DNA from: the human T2T-CHM13v2.0 reference genome, Homo sapiens
Strand: one strand, 5' to 3'
DNA: 64,000 bases
Assembly (NCBI RefSeq): GCF_009914755.1
Contig: NC_060929.1
Positions 34,867 to 52,724 of the stretch are shown piece by piece. Positions within the stretch are counted from its first letter, which is position 1. Each line of letters opens with the position of its first letter. The notes beneath the pieces are model-generated. The model was not told the DNA's origin and did no database searches. It worked only from the letters and a program-made list of their open reading frames with translations. The position numbers were made by a program, and so were the translations under genes.

Positions 34867-35868
34867 TTAATGTCTTAAAAGTATGAAGAGAAATTTTTAT
34901 AGAAACGTCTAAAGGGGAACTGATAAAAATAATGTTCACTTTGGGGGAAGACTTGCCATATGTATGGTCATATACCACAATCCTATGATTAGGGTAGTTA
35001 GAAATAGAAACGAAAAAAAAAAAAAACAACATAGAGTTTGTAATCCTAGGTATGTCAGAAACAGCTGCAACCTTTTAAAAAACTGCTTGGATCTGAAAAG
35101 AATTGATTGTTGCTTTTTTGTATTTTTCCTAACGTTCTACTACTATATTTTCTTAATAAAATACATATTTTTGTTAGATTTTTAATATTCTGACTTTTAA
35201 ATACTTGTAATGAAATTTTATTAGTATTCTTGGCTGACTTATTTTGGCTCTTGTCTCCTCCATTTGCAACCAAATTATACTTTATATGCTAGACAAGGTT
35301 TATGCCAGCCTAATTGGTTGCTGGCATTTCTTAGCCTCACAGCTGCTGTGAACTCAGCTGTGAACTAGAAAACATATAATAGGATCCTGTTTTCAGAGAC
35401 CAAAAGGCAATTGTCAACATGTAAAACTTGTTTTTGACAGCTCAATGAATATATGAGCTTTTATGACAAATAGCACTAATACCAGATCTTAAGTAACTAT
35501 CTTAAAGATTAGAAAGTCTTGAAATATGAATTCCATGTATTTATTTTTCTTCACTGAAGCAAAGATGGCTTAAATTTGCATGTATGTGCTGTTCAGTCAT
35601 TTGTGGCTTTTTTCTTTTTAAAAATCATGTATCTTGATATTTACCAACAGATATTAAAAGTTGAGATGTGAACTGTTTTCCCTTTAATTTCGTCCTAACA
35701 AAAAGTTGAGCCTTAAGTGGGGTAAAAATGTTTCTGAAAATGAGCTAAACATGAAATGGCTTTGATTAAAGATTATATTTCAAAATATTTATTATATTTA
35801 TATTTGATTTAGCAGATTTTATTTATATAAATTTTTGACATCTAAGTTTGGGGTGAACATTATTTTTA

Positions 35869-35921
35869 TGTTAAGTTGGACCATATGAAATTGTCATTTT
35901 TTTAGGTCAAATGGTTGAATT
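35869..35921. mobile_element. MADE2-like mariner MITE half
   Basis: ttaagttggaccatatgaaattgtcatttttttaggtcaaatggttgaat resembles recalled MADE2 TIR and centre. Confidence 0.6.
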
Positions 35922-36584
35922 TAGACTAAATGGGAAAAAATGGCAGTGTATCAACACGAACTCCCTAACCAAATTCAGAAATGTAACTAACCACTGTGAA
36001 TTACCTTTGTATAAGTAAAATATCATCATGTGTGATCAATACAATGAGATTAACAAATCAGATTTATATATAGTAAAATCTTTTCTTCCAGTATAATTGC
36101 TTTTTGCCCATTCCCACTGTTCTCTTCAACATTTTCTTAAATGTTTAGGGACTCTCAGCAGTAAGCAAAACAGGCTAAACAAGTATATGAGAGGCTGTAG
36201 AAATACATTGAGGACAAGCAAACTGTGTTAGTAAATGGCTCATACTGAATATGATAAAAGCATCATCCTATACCTACATTTTGTATCACTTTGATACTTC
36301 GCATGATTTTTTATGTCTACTGTGATTCTAACAGTCTATCGATTATATTTGGAATGTAGCTCCAAACTTTTCTTGCACAATCTTTTATTTAAAATGCGAA
36401 TTGAGTTTTGTCACATACAAATATAAATCTTTCCTTACATAAATATTTGCCAGAACAATCTTGCATTGTGAGAAAAGCACATTTTAGGAGGTTTTGGTAT
36501 TAAAAACCAAGAGGTGTTCTATTGGGAAAATAATGATTGGGGAGCTATTCTGCAGGGTTTGCCTGTACTTTCCAAAACTGTTCG

Positions 36585-39000
36585 TGAGGCTGAGGCGGCA
36601 GTCGCTGTGGCTGGAATAGGATGCTGGGAGGTGTTGAGGGAGGAACAGTGGCTTGTACTGGGAGGGTGTCAGGAAGGAACGGGAGGAAGATGGCGACATC
36701 AGGGGCAGGGCAAATGAGCCTTGTTCGGCCACAGCCTTGGCTTTCAATCTGTGCAAGTTTAGTGAGATCACGCTGCAGAAGCAGTGTCAGGCTGAGGACA
36801 CAGTGGCCCTCGAGGAAATGATAATGGACATCAGCTCCACCCAGTTACACACCCAAAAACTGCAACTGCCATACACAAGGAGCTCCCGTTATGGTGGTTC
36901 TCTGCCAACACCCTACCACACTGACAGCTCTCCCTATAGTCCTGCCTACTTATCTCCTCCCCAAGTGTCCAGCTGGTGAAGGACTATCTCCTGGGACAAT
37001 TTCCCTGCAGAGAAGGGGTACCTGTTTTGCCCAGCATCTGCATTTAACAGGACAAGCTCTGACTCTGCCCTTCACACAAGTATGATGAACCCCAGTCCCC
37101 AGGATACTTATTCAGGCCCCACACCTCCCAGCATCCTGCCCAGCCAACATTTCAGGTTGGTAAAATGGACTCCAAAGTACCTGCTATTGAGGAGAAGTTC
37201 TCCTAGGTGACAAGCATTTGCTGAAGCCATGGGATACTTAGAAGCTGTCGTCACCCTCCTCCTGACCCCGGTCCTAATGAAGTCCCTGGAATTAATATCT
37301 TTCCATTTCCTGGCCAGCTTGCCAATGTTCCTGTCCTCCCACCTGCCATGAAGACTGGATGTGGCAGGAGGTCCCTACCTGACCTCATCAATTTGTACTT
37401 TCTGCCAGCACTGCCCACCCCCCGGACCCTGAGGAGACAGCCTACTCTAGCCTGAATAGGGGCAACAGTACCTCCAATTTGACTCACATCATGACTCACC
37501 TGGGCATTAGTGAGGGCCTGAGCCTGGACTTGGGCCCAGGTCATGATGCCCCAGGACTTTGTTCACCTCTCAGCCACCCATCCCTGCAGTCCTCCCTAAG
37601 CAATCCCGATCTCCAGACTTCCCTGAGCAGTCCTCAGCTCCATCTTCAGGGCATCCACAGTCTCCCCTCACTATCTCCCTCTTCCTTGGCCCACCATGCC
37701 CTGCCTACTACCTTCCTGGGCCAGCCCTCACTAAGTACCCTGCCCCCCACTTCTCCTCCTCCTCCCCCTCTTCCTCCCCCTCTTCCTCTTCCTTCTCCTA
37801 CTCCTCCTCTCGTCCTCCACTTTATTCTTCATCTGCCCCTACCTTACTCAACCTCTACTCCTGGGGCCTCCCCACCACCACTGCCTTGTACCCCTCAGCC
37901 CCCTAAGTTTGCTCACAGGTCCAGCCGATGCCAGAAGGTCGCAACAGCAGCTACCCAAACAGTTTTTGCCAGTGTCACCCACCCTGTCTTCCATCGTTCA
38001 GGGTGTCCCCCTGGAGACCAGTAATCTGCACACCCAGCCACACACCCCAAAGTCTCTACAGCAGCCAGAGCTGCCCTCTCAGGCCTGCTCAGCGCAGCCC
38101 TCAGGTGGGTAGCCCCTGAGCAGGCAATTGGATTATGGAATACTACCCGCCTCGGCCCACTGGGCTTGGGCAAGTCTTCACTGGCCGATGAGTGACTTCA
38201 GCCTGGGGAACTGGAGCAGTTCAGCATGGAGAGCCCATAAATCAGCCTGGTGATGGGTCCCCCTGGCTTTTCTGAAGGGCCTGGATTTTTAGAAGGTGAG
38301 GGGCCAGTGGCTGGCCCTCAGGATTCCCACACCCTCAACCACCAGAACTTGACCCACCACTGCTCCTGCTGTGGCTCAAGGCTGAACATCATCCTCATAG
38401 GAGACTCCTTCCCAGGTTTCTCTAAGGAGATTGCAGCAACCCTGGCTGGAGTGCCTGGCTTTGAGGTGTCAGTAGCAGGGTTGGAGTTGGGGCTAGGGCT
38501 AGAAGATGAGCTGCGCATGGAGCTATTGGGCCTGGAAGGGCTATACATGCTGAGAGACCCAGTGCCTTGCTACCCGATCCTGCTCTGGAGTATTCATCAC
38601 CATCCCTCTTCTTGGCCCTGTCCCCCATTACTGTCCATTTCCTCCCTTACCCCAGCTAGTAGAGACGCCACTCTGTCCCTCAGATCCTCTTTGTAGCATG
38701 AACGAAGGAGCCCAAAAATGAGAAAAAGCAAGGAGTTTGTTCAGGTGGCCCTTGAATTCTGTACAGGGGTGGGCCTGGAGGAGCTCAAGGGAGGGTCACA
38801 AGCACTTGTAACTTTGAACCAACTGCCTGGAGGTCAGAACCTGTTGGAAAGTTGGGGATATAAACGGGAACCTGGGAGGCAGGGCTTGTCCGGATTCCTA
38901 GAGATGGGCATTGCCAGCTCCTCCTCACCACCTTTTCACCTCTCAATGGAGGACAGTGCCACAGTGGGTATTATTTTTAATTAAATATTTTAATAAAAAA
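36585..39000 (+). pseudogene. Processed pseudogene of CRTC2 (CREB-regulated transcription coactivator 2), in sense within KIF2A intron 1
   Basis: Intronless collinear fragments matching recalled CRTC2 protein: MATSG (ATG 36690), [91 protein letters not shown]. Also 5'UTR- and 3'UTR-like flanks and AATAAA at 38992. Disabled by an early 5-nt GGGCA duplication frameshift, TGA at 36977 and many indels. Confidence 0.93.
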
Positions 39001-40441
39001 TTGAGAAAACTCCTTGCAGGTGTTTTTTGTTTCACTTTACCCCTAACAGATGACATTTTCTGTACTAATTTATGTTTACAACTAGATTGAAACAAAATGG
39101 AAGACTTTTAAATATGTCTCTGGATTTTAAGTTTTAAAAAGCCATAGAGTTTTTGAAACTATAAGTTATCTTTTATATGGTAGTATTGATTTTATATAAC
39201 AATGTAAACTTAGAATTTTCAAATCTGACCTCATTTTCTATGAATATGACTTAGGACTTAAAGATGGATTGAGGCTTCTGGTTCAAAATAGTATAATAAA
39301 GTTCATGTATTGGCATCCTTCTGTCCCAAACACATAAGAGGAAACCAAAAAGGCATAGCTGAGCTCAAAAACAAGATCATGGATTAGTAATGGAACAGGA
39401 ATTCTAAGAGATGGATGAGGCTGAAGCAGGCATGGATGTCAAAAGTTTGATTCCTATAGGATGATGCGGGAGAAAGAGACTTTAAAGGAGAATCAGAGTC
39501 AGGTCCACTGTTTGAAGACAAGGACTTGTGCGGCTCCTCTTAAAAATGCTGGTTTTTAAATGCCGCTGATTTGCTCCTGGAGCTAGATTTATAAGAAATT
39601 TTCCATCAAGGAAGGCAGCCCAGTACAGTTATGGTAGAAATACAGGGGTATTCAGCCACTGTGCACTGGGAAAAGTCATACCAATTATTGTGACTCTGTC
39701 TGTTCTGATTGGTCAGTTATCTCACCTTTAGAAATCATTAACAGGATACCTAGAAAACCCCCATGTCTGGAATTTGAGAAACATTTCTAAATAACTCATG
39801 AGACAAAGCATCATGAAAATTAGAAAAATAGGTGGAACTGAACAATAACAAAAAAACTACATGTAAAAACTTGTAAGATGCTGCTAAAACAGTTCTGGGA
39901 AAGAAATGTGTAGCTTTAGCGGCTTATAAAGAAAATAGAATAAGGATGGTGAATGACTTAAGCATTCATCTTAAGAATTTAAGGGGAAAAAACAGTAAAA
40001 TATGCCCAAAGTAAGTTGAAAGAAAGAAGTAATAATAGCAGAAATTAAGTACATAATAACACCTAATAAAAAAGACTCAACGAAGTCAGGTTTATTCTTG
40101 GAAAAGACAAATGAACAAATCCCAGGTGAGATTAAGAGAAAAAAGTTTACCAAAATACTAGGAATGAAAATGTGGACATCATATCAGATGCCAGAGGCAT
40201 TAAACAGATATGAACTTGATGCCAAAAATGTGGAAACTTTATCTAAAACTCCTAGAAAAATATAATTATGAAAACAATAAAAACTAATACTATAATTATT
40301 AAGGAAATTGGATCTTATAATAACGCAAAGCAAGATGGTTTAACAAGTGCCTACCAAATACTCAAGAGTTGAATAATCTAATTTCACACCAACTATTCTA
40401 GAGTACGGAAAGGGAAAACTCTGCCATAGAAAATCATTTTA

Positions 40442-40630
<189 letters not shown>

Positions 40631-40633
40631 TCA

Positions 40634-40735
<102 letters not shown>

Positions 40736-41428
40736 TCAAAAAAAAAAAATAAAGATTAGTATAACCATGATACCAAAATCTAATAAGATTGTTATGAGAG
40801 GCTGGGAGCAGTGGCTCACACCTGTAATCCCAGCACTTTGGGAGGCTGATGCAGGGGAATTGCTTGAGACCAGAAGTTAAAGACCAGCGTGGTCAACATA
40901 GCGAAACCCTGTCTCTACAAAAAATTTGCCAGGCATAGTAGTGCATGCCTGTAATCCTTGCTACTCGGCAGGCTGAAGCAGGAGGATCACATGAGGCTGT
41001 AGTGAGCCATGATCACACCACCGTACTTAGCCTGGGCACAGAGAGAGACCCCCGAACTCTTAAAAAAAAAAAAAAAGTAGCTTTGAGAAAGGAAAATTGC
41101 TGGCCAGTATCAGTCTTAATTAATGATATAAAAATCCAGAACAAAACAGACAATGCAATTCCAGTCAGAATCCCAATAGGTAGTGTTTTGTGATTATTGG
41201 TTTATATGATTTTTGGAACTTCACAAGCTGATTCTAAAGTTTATACAGACATGCAAAAGGCCAAGAAGATCAAAGAGACTCTTAAAGAACAATAAGACAG
41301 GAGGGCTTATTCTATATGGCAAGACTTAATAATAAGCAAAGCTATAATACTAAATGTAATTTTAGTTCAGGGATAAATAAACTCATGCATATATGCTTGA
41401 ACTATGACACAGGTAGTCTTGCTGATAA

Positions 41429-41774
<346 letters not shown>

Positions 41775-42287
41775 TGATCTGCCCACCTCAGCCTCCCACA
41801 GTGCTGGGATTACAGGCCTGAGCCACCACATCTGGCTTATAAAACTTTAAAAGAAAATGTAAGAGACTGTTTTAGGGATCTCAATCTTAGGAAAAATTTC
41901 ATAGCATACCAAAAAACAACAAAAAAAATCCATAATGGAAAAACATACATTTGACTACATTAGAATTAAGAATTTAAATGCATCAAAAGCACCATAAAGA
42001 ACATGAAAAGATAAGCCACAACTTTGTAGAAAATATTTGCTATACATACAACAAAAGATTAATATCAAGAATATATATAGAATTCCTATAGAGAAATAGC
42101 CCAAACAAAGAGGCCCCAACACTCAAGTCAGTACTCAAAAGGCCTGAATGGCTAACAAGCACAAAAACAGGCAAAACCTCATTAAATCAGAGAAATTAGA
42201 ACCATAATATGATACATTAAATCTGACTAATATTGTTTTCATGAATGTGGAGTAATTGCTAGGGGGATTACAAATCATTATAGATAC

Positions 42288-43057
<770 letters not shown>

Positions 43058-43457
43058 TGTATTTCTTCTCTTATTATGTATCTTAGAGAAATTATTGCAC
43101 ATTTGTACCAGTACACATATGTAAGAATGTCCATAGCATCATTGTTCCTAATAGCAGAAACATAAAAACAACTCAAATGTCTGATAGTAGAATAGATAAA
43201 ATGTATATTTGTGCAATGAAATACTATATTGTAGTGAAAATGAGTTATATACATTTTATATATACAACATAAATGAATTGCAAAAAATAGTATTGAGCAA
43301 AAAAAAAAAACACACAGGTCTTAAAATAGTGTTAATCCATGCATATGCAATTTAAAGAGAAGTAAACTGTTTAGATTTCTGTGTGTGTGTGTTACATTTA
43401 AAGGTGATAAAACTATAAAGAAAAGCCAAAATATGATTATCTCAAATATCTGGGTAG

Positions 43458-43822
<365 letters not shown>

Positions 43823-44785
43823 TAGCTGGTGGTAGTTACACAGGCATTTGCTCTATTATTATTTTTCTTTAATGTGGAAGTATATGTGATATAATTCACA
43901 GTAAAGTAAATGGTGAATCAGAGAGAGTCAAAGGGCAATGAGTTAGTGAAGATGGAATACAGGAGTTTTCTCAGGTGGATCAGAGAAATGGGATGGTATT
44001 GGAAGGCCACATGGAAAGATTGTTGCATTTTCTAGGGAAAGATATTTCTAGTCCTGATTAGTCTTATTAACATCTATGCATGATCCCTATTAACAACTGA
44101 GACTTGAGCATCTCATTGTTCTCCCCCCTAGTGGCATCATTCTCCCAGTCATCCAGGCTTGAAACCTTCTTGTTATGCCTGTATGTTGTCACCATATCAT
44201 GATTTTTTCCTTTGAAAAATTTTTCATGTATCTTATTATTGTTTCTCTTATTACTTAACACCTTTGTTAACAGGTGTTTACTACTTAACTTTCTAAATAA
44301 ATCATTGGATGTCTTTGTTAAAGAAAAAAATTAAAATTTAAAAAGAAAAATTATAAATTTGTATTATAATTTAAAAAGAGGTATTTGAGTAGCTCAATGA
44401 AAAGCCATATATACGACAATTAAAAAATATTTAAAGTCATATTGGGTAAAGTTGGTTTTTAAAAAGAAAATAACATTTTTTAGAGACATCTTTTGGTGCA
44501 AATAAAAGCCCCATGCTGCATTGGTATTGTAGGTAGTGTAGATGGTTCTAGTTATCTGATTAATTGGCAAAAAGCAAATGCTTAAGACTTTGTCTATTCA
44601 TTTCTTATTGCTGGAATTTCGTATTCACTTCTTGTTGGATGAGTAAACTGGATTATGGTAGAGATAAGGCAACATAATTCTCAGTCCTGCCCTGCTCAAC
44701 CTCTAGAGTTTAGTCTTAGATCAGATGCTTTTGACTCTGCAAACTTGTGATTTAAGGCTTTCTGGATGTGTACACTGGTGGTTGA

Positions 44786-45136
<351 letters not shown>

Positions 45137-45905
45137 TCCTTGATTTGCTTTATCCTCTCATTGCCAATCTCTCTAGCCTGTCTTTGGAGATTAAAGTTTC
45201 TGTGAATTTGCGACCTGTAGTCCTGGTACGAATTTTGCTCCACCGGCCCACCTTTTTTTCGCACACCTAGTTATGGTACATTAAGTCACTCCTTGCCTAG
45301 AAGGGTGGGAATACCATGGTAGATGCCCAACAATAAGAATGGTTGTGTTGGTCTTGCCTTTTGGAATATCCACATATTTTTCCCCATTCTCATTACTGTG
45401 GTAATTCTACTGGTAATTGCATGGAGATCCACCTTGGTAACTCATTTCTTTTTTCTTTTTTTTCCAACTAGATTTGATAGCTAGGTGTCTCATTTCTTTA
45501 ACCTCAACCACGGCCTCTTCATTTCCTGCTGAGGGTTATTCTTCACAGTAGTCTGATTAAAATGCATCTTCCTTAGGCTGAAATATTTCCTTCCTTTCTG
45601 CTGATAAAACCATATCAGTGTTTTATTAAACTCTTTTACTTTCTCCAAAACCTTTGTTGCTATAATCTTCTTGTCCCCACTAGTGGGTATTAGTATATTG
45701 TGGGGCTGCCACGGGCAGTTGGGGAAAGGATGGCTGCCAGGTCTTAGCCTCACTACTCATGTTGTAGAGATGGTGATTGATGCGGGGCTTGATGCAGCAG
45801 CGGTAGGCTCCTCCCAGATTGTGATGGTGACTGGGCTGCTTATGGCTCTCTGGGGTCCACTCTTCATTCCCACTACCAGTTAAACTCATCCTCTTTCTCA
45901 TATGC

Positions 45906-46700
<795 letters not shown>

Positions 46701-47019
46701 TATCACTTCCACTGGTTATTTACCTAATTTGTCTCTGAAATTGAAGTAAGGATTATTTAATTTCCCTTTTTTAACTCCCTTTTGACTCCTCCCAGTATTT
46801 TTTTAGGTCATCAATTTCACCCACCCCCAGCACCTGCATCTCCTCTAATGCCCATCTGTATTAGTAAAAGGCACCACTATTTACTCAGTTGCTTTTACAT
46901 CTTTCACATTTAAGTTTGTGACCCATCTTTTGGGGAAGTGGGGGGAATGGAGGTGGTATTGTGTGAGATAGGAATCAGACAATTAAAAAGGAGTGACTTT
47001 AGTAAGGCATGAATGAGGT

Positions 47020-47990
47020 CACAGGTAATGCGGGTCAGATCATGTAGGGCTTTGTTGTAAGTCATTAATAGGTCATTGAAAGGACTTTAGCTTCTACTCT
47101 GTGTGAGATGGGGGAGTCATTGGAAGGTTTTGAGCAAAGGAGTAATATCTGACTCACTTTTTACCAGGAACATTTTGGCTGCTCTGGAGAACAGACAGAG
47201 GGCAGATAAGTTGGAAGCAGGAAGACTAGTTGGGAGAGTATCACAGTAATCTAAGTACAAGGCATTGGTAGCTTGCACCAAGATGATAGCAGTGAAGTTG
47301 TTAAGAATTGGCTCATTATCTGGGGGCAAGACTCAAGCAATGTCATTTTATTTTGTGAAAGCTCCCTAGGAGTTTCTGGTACACATGAGGGTTGAGAATT
47401 TGTGTTACCGTTTATACATTTTTATAGGAATGCCTGGACTTAAGACATATAGACATCTTCATCAGCTTAATTGAAGTGAGTAGAGAAGCATAGTGATTAA
47501 TAGCAAGTACTTTTACATCTGACCAAGGTTTAGACCCATGCTGCTTATTCACTGTGTAACTTTGAGCTTTATTTTTCTCATCTTTAAATGCAGTTACCGG
47601 CTGGGCGCAGTGGCTCACGCCTGTAATCCCAGCACTTTGGGAGGCTGAGGCGGGCAGATCATGAAGTCAAGAGATGGAGACCATCCTGGCCAACATGGTG
47701 AAACCCTGTCTCTACTAAAAATACAAAAAATTAGCTGGGCGTGGTGGTGCGCACCTGTAGTCTAGCTACTCAGGAGGCTGAGGCAGGAAAATCGCTTGAA
47801 CCTGGGAGGTGGAGGTTGCAGTGAGCCGAGCGAGATCGTACCACTGCAGTCCAACCTGGTGACAGAGCGCGACTCCATCTCAAAAAAAAAAAAAAAATGC
47901 AGATACCTACTTTGTAGGTATATTTGTTATGATTAAATGAACCAATGTGAATTAAATGAGCTAGTATCTGACATATTCATACTTAAAAAG
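47020..47990. mobile_element. L2(-) fragment 47020-47330; MIR(+) about 47490-47990 split by AluSc(+) 47599-47897
   Basis: tcattggaaggttttgagcaaaggagt; Alu TSD aaatgcag(t/a)tacc. Confidence 0.8.
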
Positions 47991-48499
47991 TAGTAGCTTA
48001 AAGAAATCTGACACATGAGATGATAAAAGTGTTAGGATTGATAATGCTCAGTGTTGCTGAGGGTGTGGAGGAATAGGTCCCACTGTTGGTGAGAATGTAT
48101 ACAAAGGGCGGTTCAGGAATATCTATCAAAATTTCAATTTTCTTGACCCACTAATTCTCCTTCTAGAAATTTTATTTGTGGAAGCATTCACACCTATGTT
48201 CAGATATTCAGTGCAGCATCTTTTAATGGCAAACAGTTGGAAATAATACTCCTAATAAAGGAATAAATTGTGATATATTCATTTATGGAATGCTTTGTGG
48301 TTATGAAAAATAATAGGTAGGTCTATACATATTGTCATGGAAAGATCACTAGTATGTATTTTAGTTTTTTCTTTAAAAAGCAACACCAGTATATCATTTG
48401 AGAGTACTTAACATCCTCACTATTTGAAATCTATAAGATTATGTTCATTTATTACTTATATGGATTTTTATATGAGCTCATATAAAAGGTAGGCCACAA

Positions 48500-49192
<693 letters not shown>

Positions 49193-50000
49193 GCAGTGAT
49201 AGTAATTTCATAAACAATAATACTTATTAAATTATTATAGTGCCCATGTTTTAACAGTATTGAATGCCTCATTATAATAACATTGTTTTCTGTACTATAT
49301 ATCTGTTTTTAGACATTTAAGGAGCTATAAATTATCTTAAGATAAATTATAGATGCCCCCAAGGATTTCTATTAGGAAATATTGAAGATGCAGTATATTG
49401 CATAGTTTCTGTCTCTACTTGAGTAACAACCAGATGGATCGGTAAGATGAAAACAGATGAAATAAATTTTTTAAAAAGTATTTTATATATGTATATATTC
49501 TGTTGGTGTGCTTCTAGGAATTTGTCCTAGGCAAATAATCCAACAAGTACATAATGACAAATATACAATAGTATTCATTGCAGTGTTTATAATAATAATA
49601 ATAAATGGCACATAACCTAAGTGACCATCAATAGGTATTAAATAATTTATGATAAACATAATGAAATATTATGTAATAATTAAAAATAATTATTTAGCTC
49701 TGTAGTTATTATCAGATAAAACCTACAGTCTACTAAGAAGGGAAAATAAGTTTACTACATTATATATAATATCTTCTCTCTACAGATTGTAAGACTGGAG
49801 TAGTTAGGGAAAGTAAGGAATAGAATAGATTTGGATAGACAACATATAGAAGAGGACATTTTAAATGAGCATTTCCCAACCTTTTTGGAATCACATTTCT
49901 TAATTTTAAAATTTTATCAATTTGCATCGTATATGGTAAAAAGTGGTTTTTAAGTAAAAAGTATTTTATATCAGTATAATATTTAAAACTGCTTTCTGAA

Positions 50001-50289
50001 CCAGGCACAGTAGCTCATGCCGGTAATCCCATCACTTTGGGAGCCCGAGGTGGGTGGATCACTCGAGGCCAGGATTTCGATACCAGCCTGCGCGATATGG
50101 TGAAACCCCGTCCCTACTAAAAATACTAAAATTAGCTGGGTGTGGTGATGCATGGCTGTAATCTCAGCTACTTAGGAGGCTGAGGCACAAGAATCACTTG
50201 AACCCAGGAGGCAGAGGTTGCAGTGAGCCAAGATCGCATCACTGCTCTATAGCTTAGGTAACAGAGCGAGACTGTCTCAGGAAAAAAAA
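50001..50289 (+). mobile_element. AluS, about 380 nt upstream of exon 2
   Basis: Sense dimer. Confidence 0.9.
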
Positions 50290-50630
50290 TTTTGCTTTAT
50301 ACATTTTTGTTCTTTGTTCTACAGAATCATTTTTGGCTCATAGTAAGGACACTTTCTAATGATTAGAACTGTTTAACAGTTTAAGATTTCAGGCATTGTA
50401 TGTCACTGTGTGACCATTTATCATATATGCTGAAAATAAACTTTAGGTCTTACCTGATTTACTGATTTACTGGACTTGACAAGTAGCAAATTGATTTATG
50501 GCCCCGTGGACAAAGTTCATTCCCTGTTCCTGAGGGTCTGTGGAAATCTCTTGTAAGGAAAAGTAGTGTCATTTTTTTTTTAATTTCCAAGTTATAAAAT
50601 TGTATTTCACAGTGTTTAGGAATGCCATAA

Positions 50631-50813
<183 letters not shown>

Positions 50814-51168
50814 TGAATATAAAACAAAACAGAAAAGTACATAATGTTATTTTATTTAGTGCATATATTTTTATTATTCCTTGAAAACTTTCAAATGATT
50901 AAAAATTTTCACTTAAAGGTAGATTCCTCCTGTATCTCTTATGTGATTGCACATATCAGTCTTAATTATTTGATAAAATATACTATTCTTTAAGTCTAGC
51001 TCACACAGTTTGAAAATGTGCTATAATATTTAATTATGTGGTTCTATTGGTCACTGTGTTGTTAGCAATTCATAGAGTCAAGACTATAAAATGATATTTT
51101 AAGAGAGATTCTTTAAATTTGTGGATTATAATTCTAAATCTCATTTGTAAGGCTAAGGCACTGTATTC

Positions 51169-51480
<312 letters not shown>

Positions 51481-51498
51481 TAGGCTAAAGTAATTTAA

Positions 51499-51780
<282 letters not shown>

Positions 51781-52724
51781 TGAAATTGGTAGGCTTTGAA
51801 GAGTTTAAGAATTGATTAATTTGCTTTTTCTGCCATCATATTCATATATATACATACATATTTTCAAGGATTGAGGTTGTCTAATTCACAATTATGACCA
51901 TCGTTGGATAAGGTCTTAGAAATTTCTCACCTAATTAGTATTTTTCCTGAGACTAAGTTTCTCAGGAGATATAGATCAAAACCATTTGCTTGGTGTTTGT
52001 TGAATGAAGACATATGACTTTGACAAAGGCATAATAGCTGTTTCTTAGGAATAATAACTACCAACTCTGATAGTCTTTTGAAAGTATAATTCTGCTATTT
52101 GTTTCTTAAAGAAAGATGGGAAATGATAGTGTAGTTCACTTCTATATTGACTGTCATGATATACCTTAAAACTGTGCTAAATCCTCCCTAGCAGTTTTAT
52201 CTTTATAAAAATTAAAAGCACATTATTCTTCTGGCTTTTAAAGATAATTCTCCTTCCTTTCTCTCAAGACCTTTCAGTATTAAATTTTTGTTTCAAAATA
52301 CAACTCTTTTTAAAACAGGTAGTATTGCAAAGTTGTTGAATCTGCGGTTCTTTGTGTTCATCTCAACAAGCATTTGTGGTTTTGTTGTTGTTGTTGTTTT
52401 GCTTTTTTACATTGTGCCAAATACTATGCTGGACAAAATACAAAGATGAATGATGACATGGCTTTCAGCCTGTAGGAACTTGATATCTTTCAGGGAGGAC
52501 ATAGATAAGCATTTAAATATAGTATAATAGAAGCAACAAAACTTTGTTTCATAAACTATGCAGTTGAACCTGAGGCATATTTTCAACTCATGAGTTTAAT
52601 CATATTGAGAGTCACCACTTAGAGGTTATTAGTTACCACTTATACATGGATTATTTTTTATATTCATCTTCAAAATGAGGGATCTTCATTGGAGGATTTT
52701 TGTAGTTTATTCTTCCTGGTATAT

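Noticed and set aside
36653-38696. CRTC2-like ORFs of 108, 181, 115 and 148 aa as a functional retrogene
   Set aside because: Homology switches frame repeatedly, with an early frameshift, in-frame stops and deletions; treated as a pseudogene
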